Assembly: GCA_001873755.1 (NCBI GenBank)
Contig: MNZT01000096.1
Span: forward strand, 1 to 23,040
Length of the DNA stretch: 23,040 bases
Source of the DNA: Candidatus Wirthbacteria bacterium CG2_30_54_11
Lineage (GTDB): Bacteria; Patescibacteriota; CG2-30-54-11
Reading direction: 5' to 3'
The notes under the pieces were generated by a model. The model saw only the letters and a program-made list of their open reading frames with translations, ran no database searches and had not been told where the DNA came from. The first letter of the stretch is position 1, and each line of letters opens with the position of its first letter. Below, one piece after another: positions 22,357 to 23,040 of this stretch. A program made the translations under genes and the position numbers.

Positions 22357-23040
22357 ATGAGTACGGACGACAGGATCCATGCGATCTTTCCGAGGCTCGA
22401 CGACATACCGGCTGAATTCAGGATGCAGCCGATCAGACAGGAAAATTATCTGGTCAATGGCGAATTGCGATCCTGGCACGGGGCGTCCCTGGATGTGCTT
22501 TCTCCGCTCTATGTGCAGTCACCGGAAGGTCTGCAGAGATTTGTGATCGGGTCCTGTCCGGACCTGGGTGTCAAAGAGGTGGGGGAAGTCGTGGAGGCGG
22601 CCACCGCAGCCTATGACCGGGGACGGGGGGAATGGCCCACCATGCCGGTAGAGGGCAGGATCAGGCAGGTGGAGAATTTTGTCTATCAGATGAAGTCGAA
22701 ACGCTCTGAGATCATCAATATCCTCATGTGGTCCATAGGCAAAACCCTGCCGGACTGCGAAAAGGAATTTGACCGCACCGTCCAGTATGTGAATGACACC
22801 ATCGACGCGCTGAAGGATGTCGATCGGGTCGCGTCGAAATTCCGTATAGAAGAAGGGGTGATAGGCCAGATACGGCAGGCCCCGCTCGGGGTCGTGCTTT
22901 GCATGGGTCCTTTCAATTATCCGCTGAATGAGACATTTTCCCTGTTCATACCTGCGCTCATCATGGGCAATACCATCATCCTGCGCGCCCCTCATCAGGG
23001 TTCTCTCGTCCTTTATCCACTGCTGGAGTTATTTGCCTCC
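22357..23040 (+). CDS. Aldehyde dehydrogenase family protein, GapN-like (non-phosphorylating, NAD(P)-dependent); 5' partial that runs off the window
   Basis: I translated it myself; it is not in the ORF track because no stop falls within the window. From the ATG at 22357 (AAGGA upstream) there are 228 codons with no stop. YLVNGELRSW and PLGVVLCMGPFNYPLNETFSLFIPALIMGNTIILRAP match the ALDH/GapN signature SPFNYPVNL...APALIAGN. Confidence 0.8.
   Translation, partial: MSTDDRIHAIFPRLDDIPAEFRMQPIRQENYLVNGELRSWHGASLDVLSPLYVQSPEGLQRFVIGSCPDLGVKEVGEVVEAATAAYDRGRGEWPTMPVEGRIRQVENFVYQMKSKRSEIINILMWSIGKTLPDCEKEFDRTVQYVNDTIDALKDVDRVASKFRIEEGVIGQIRQAPLGVVLCMGPFNYPLNETFSLFIPALIMGNTIILRAPHQGSLVLYPLLELFAS

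Noticed and set aside
21259-22479. 406-aa minus-strand ORF, the third-longest in that region
   Set aside because: It lies antisense to the well-supported plus-strand GT-C gene, which has clear TM-helix periodicity, and runs across the intergenic gap into the ALDH start. Its composition is Arg/Gln/Pro-rich, typical of shadow ORFs in GC-rich DNA, and I see no recognisable motif.

Overview
The window holds about 26 tightly packed genes and no rRNA, tRNA, CRISPR array, transposase or integrase that I can see. Positions 292-17095 form one co-directional plus-strand block of 21 genes, with many 1-4 nt start/stop overlaps. In order, the block contains: (a) a three-subunit 2-oxoacid:ferredoxin oxidoreductase (alpha/beta/gamma) with a PAP2-like membrane gene between alpha and beta; (b) a DMT/EamA transporter and an HD-domain hydrolase; (c) an 89-bp intergenic region packed with GTTAAC-cored repeats; (d) an archaeal-type HMG-CoA synthase, thiolase-like and DUF35 triad, with a PH-domain membrane protein inserted; (e) two tandem pairs of glutaconate-CoA-transferase-like (GctA/GctB, AibA/AibB-like) subunits, the first pair split by a LytR_C membrane protein; (f) a three-component biotin-dependent acyl-CoA carboxylase (biotin carboxylase, carboxyltransferase, BCCP) interrupted by a NadD-like gene; and (g) BioY. 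The minus strand (17058-20486) carries a GT-C-type membrane glycosyltransferase, a TM-anchored 7-beta-strand methyltransferase and a SpoIIIAA/Ycf45-like AAA ATPase. A second, divergent GT-C glycosyltransferase (20542-22227) and the 5' part of a GapN-like aldehyde dehydrogenase (22357 to the window end) finish the window. The most interesting signal is the central acyl-CoA cluster. It resembles a hybrid of the archaeal thiolase/HMGCS/DUF35 complex, the myxobacterial aib (alternative isovaleryl-CoA) genes and a methylcrotonyl/propionyl-CoA-type carboxylase. Several of its enzymes appear by eye to lack canonical catalytic residues: the thiolase nucleophile Cys is Asp, the CoA-transferase beta-subunit Glu is Cys or Gly, and the NadD HxGH motif is TxAY. 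All functional calls come from by-eye motif recognition. No database search was run. Host taxonomy cannot be determined: Shine-Dalgarno-like sites and LytR_C, NadD and Ycf45-like genes suggest a bacterium carrying several archaeal-type enzymes.
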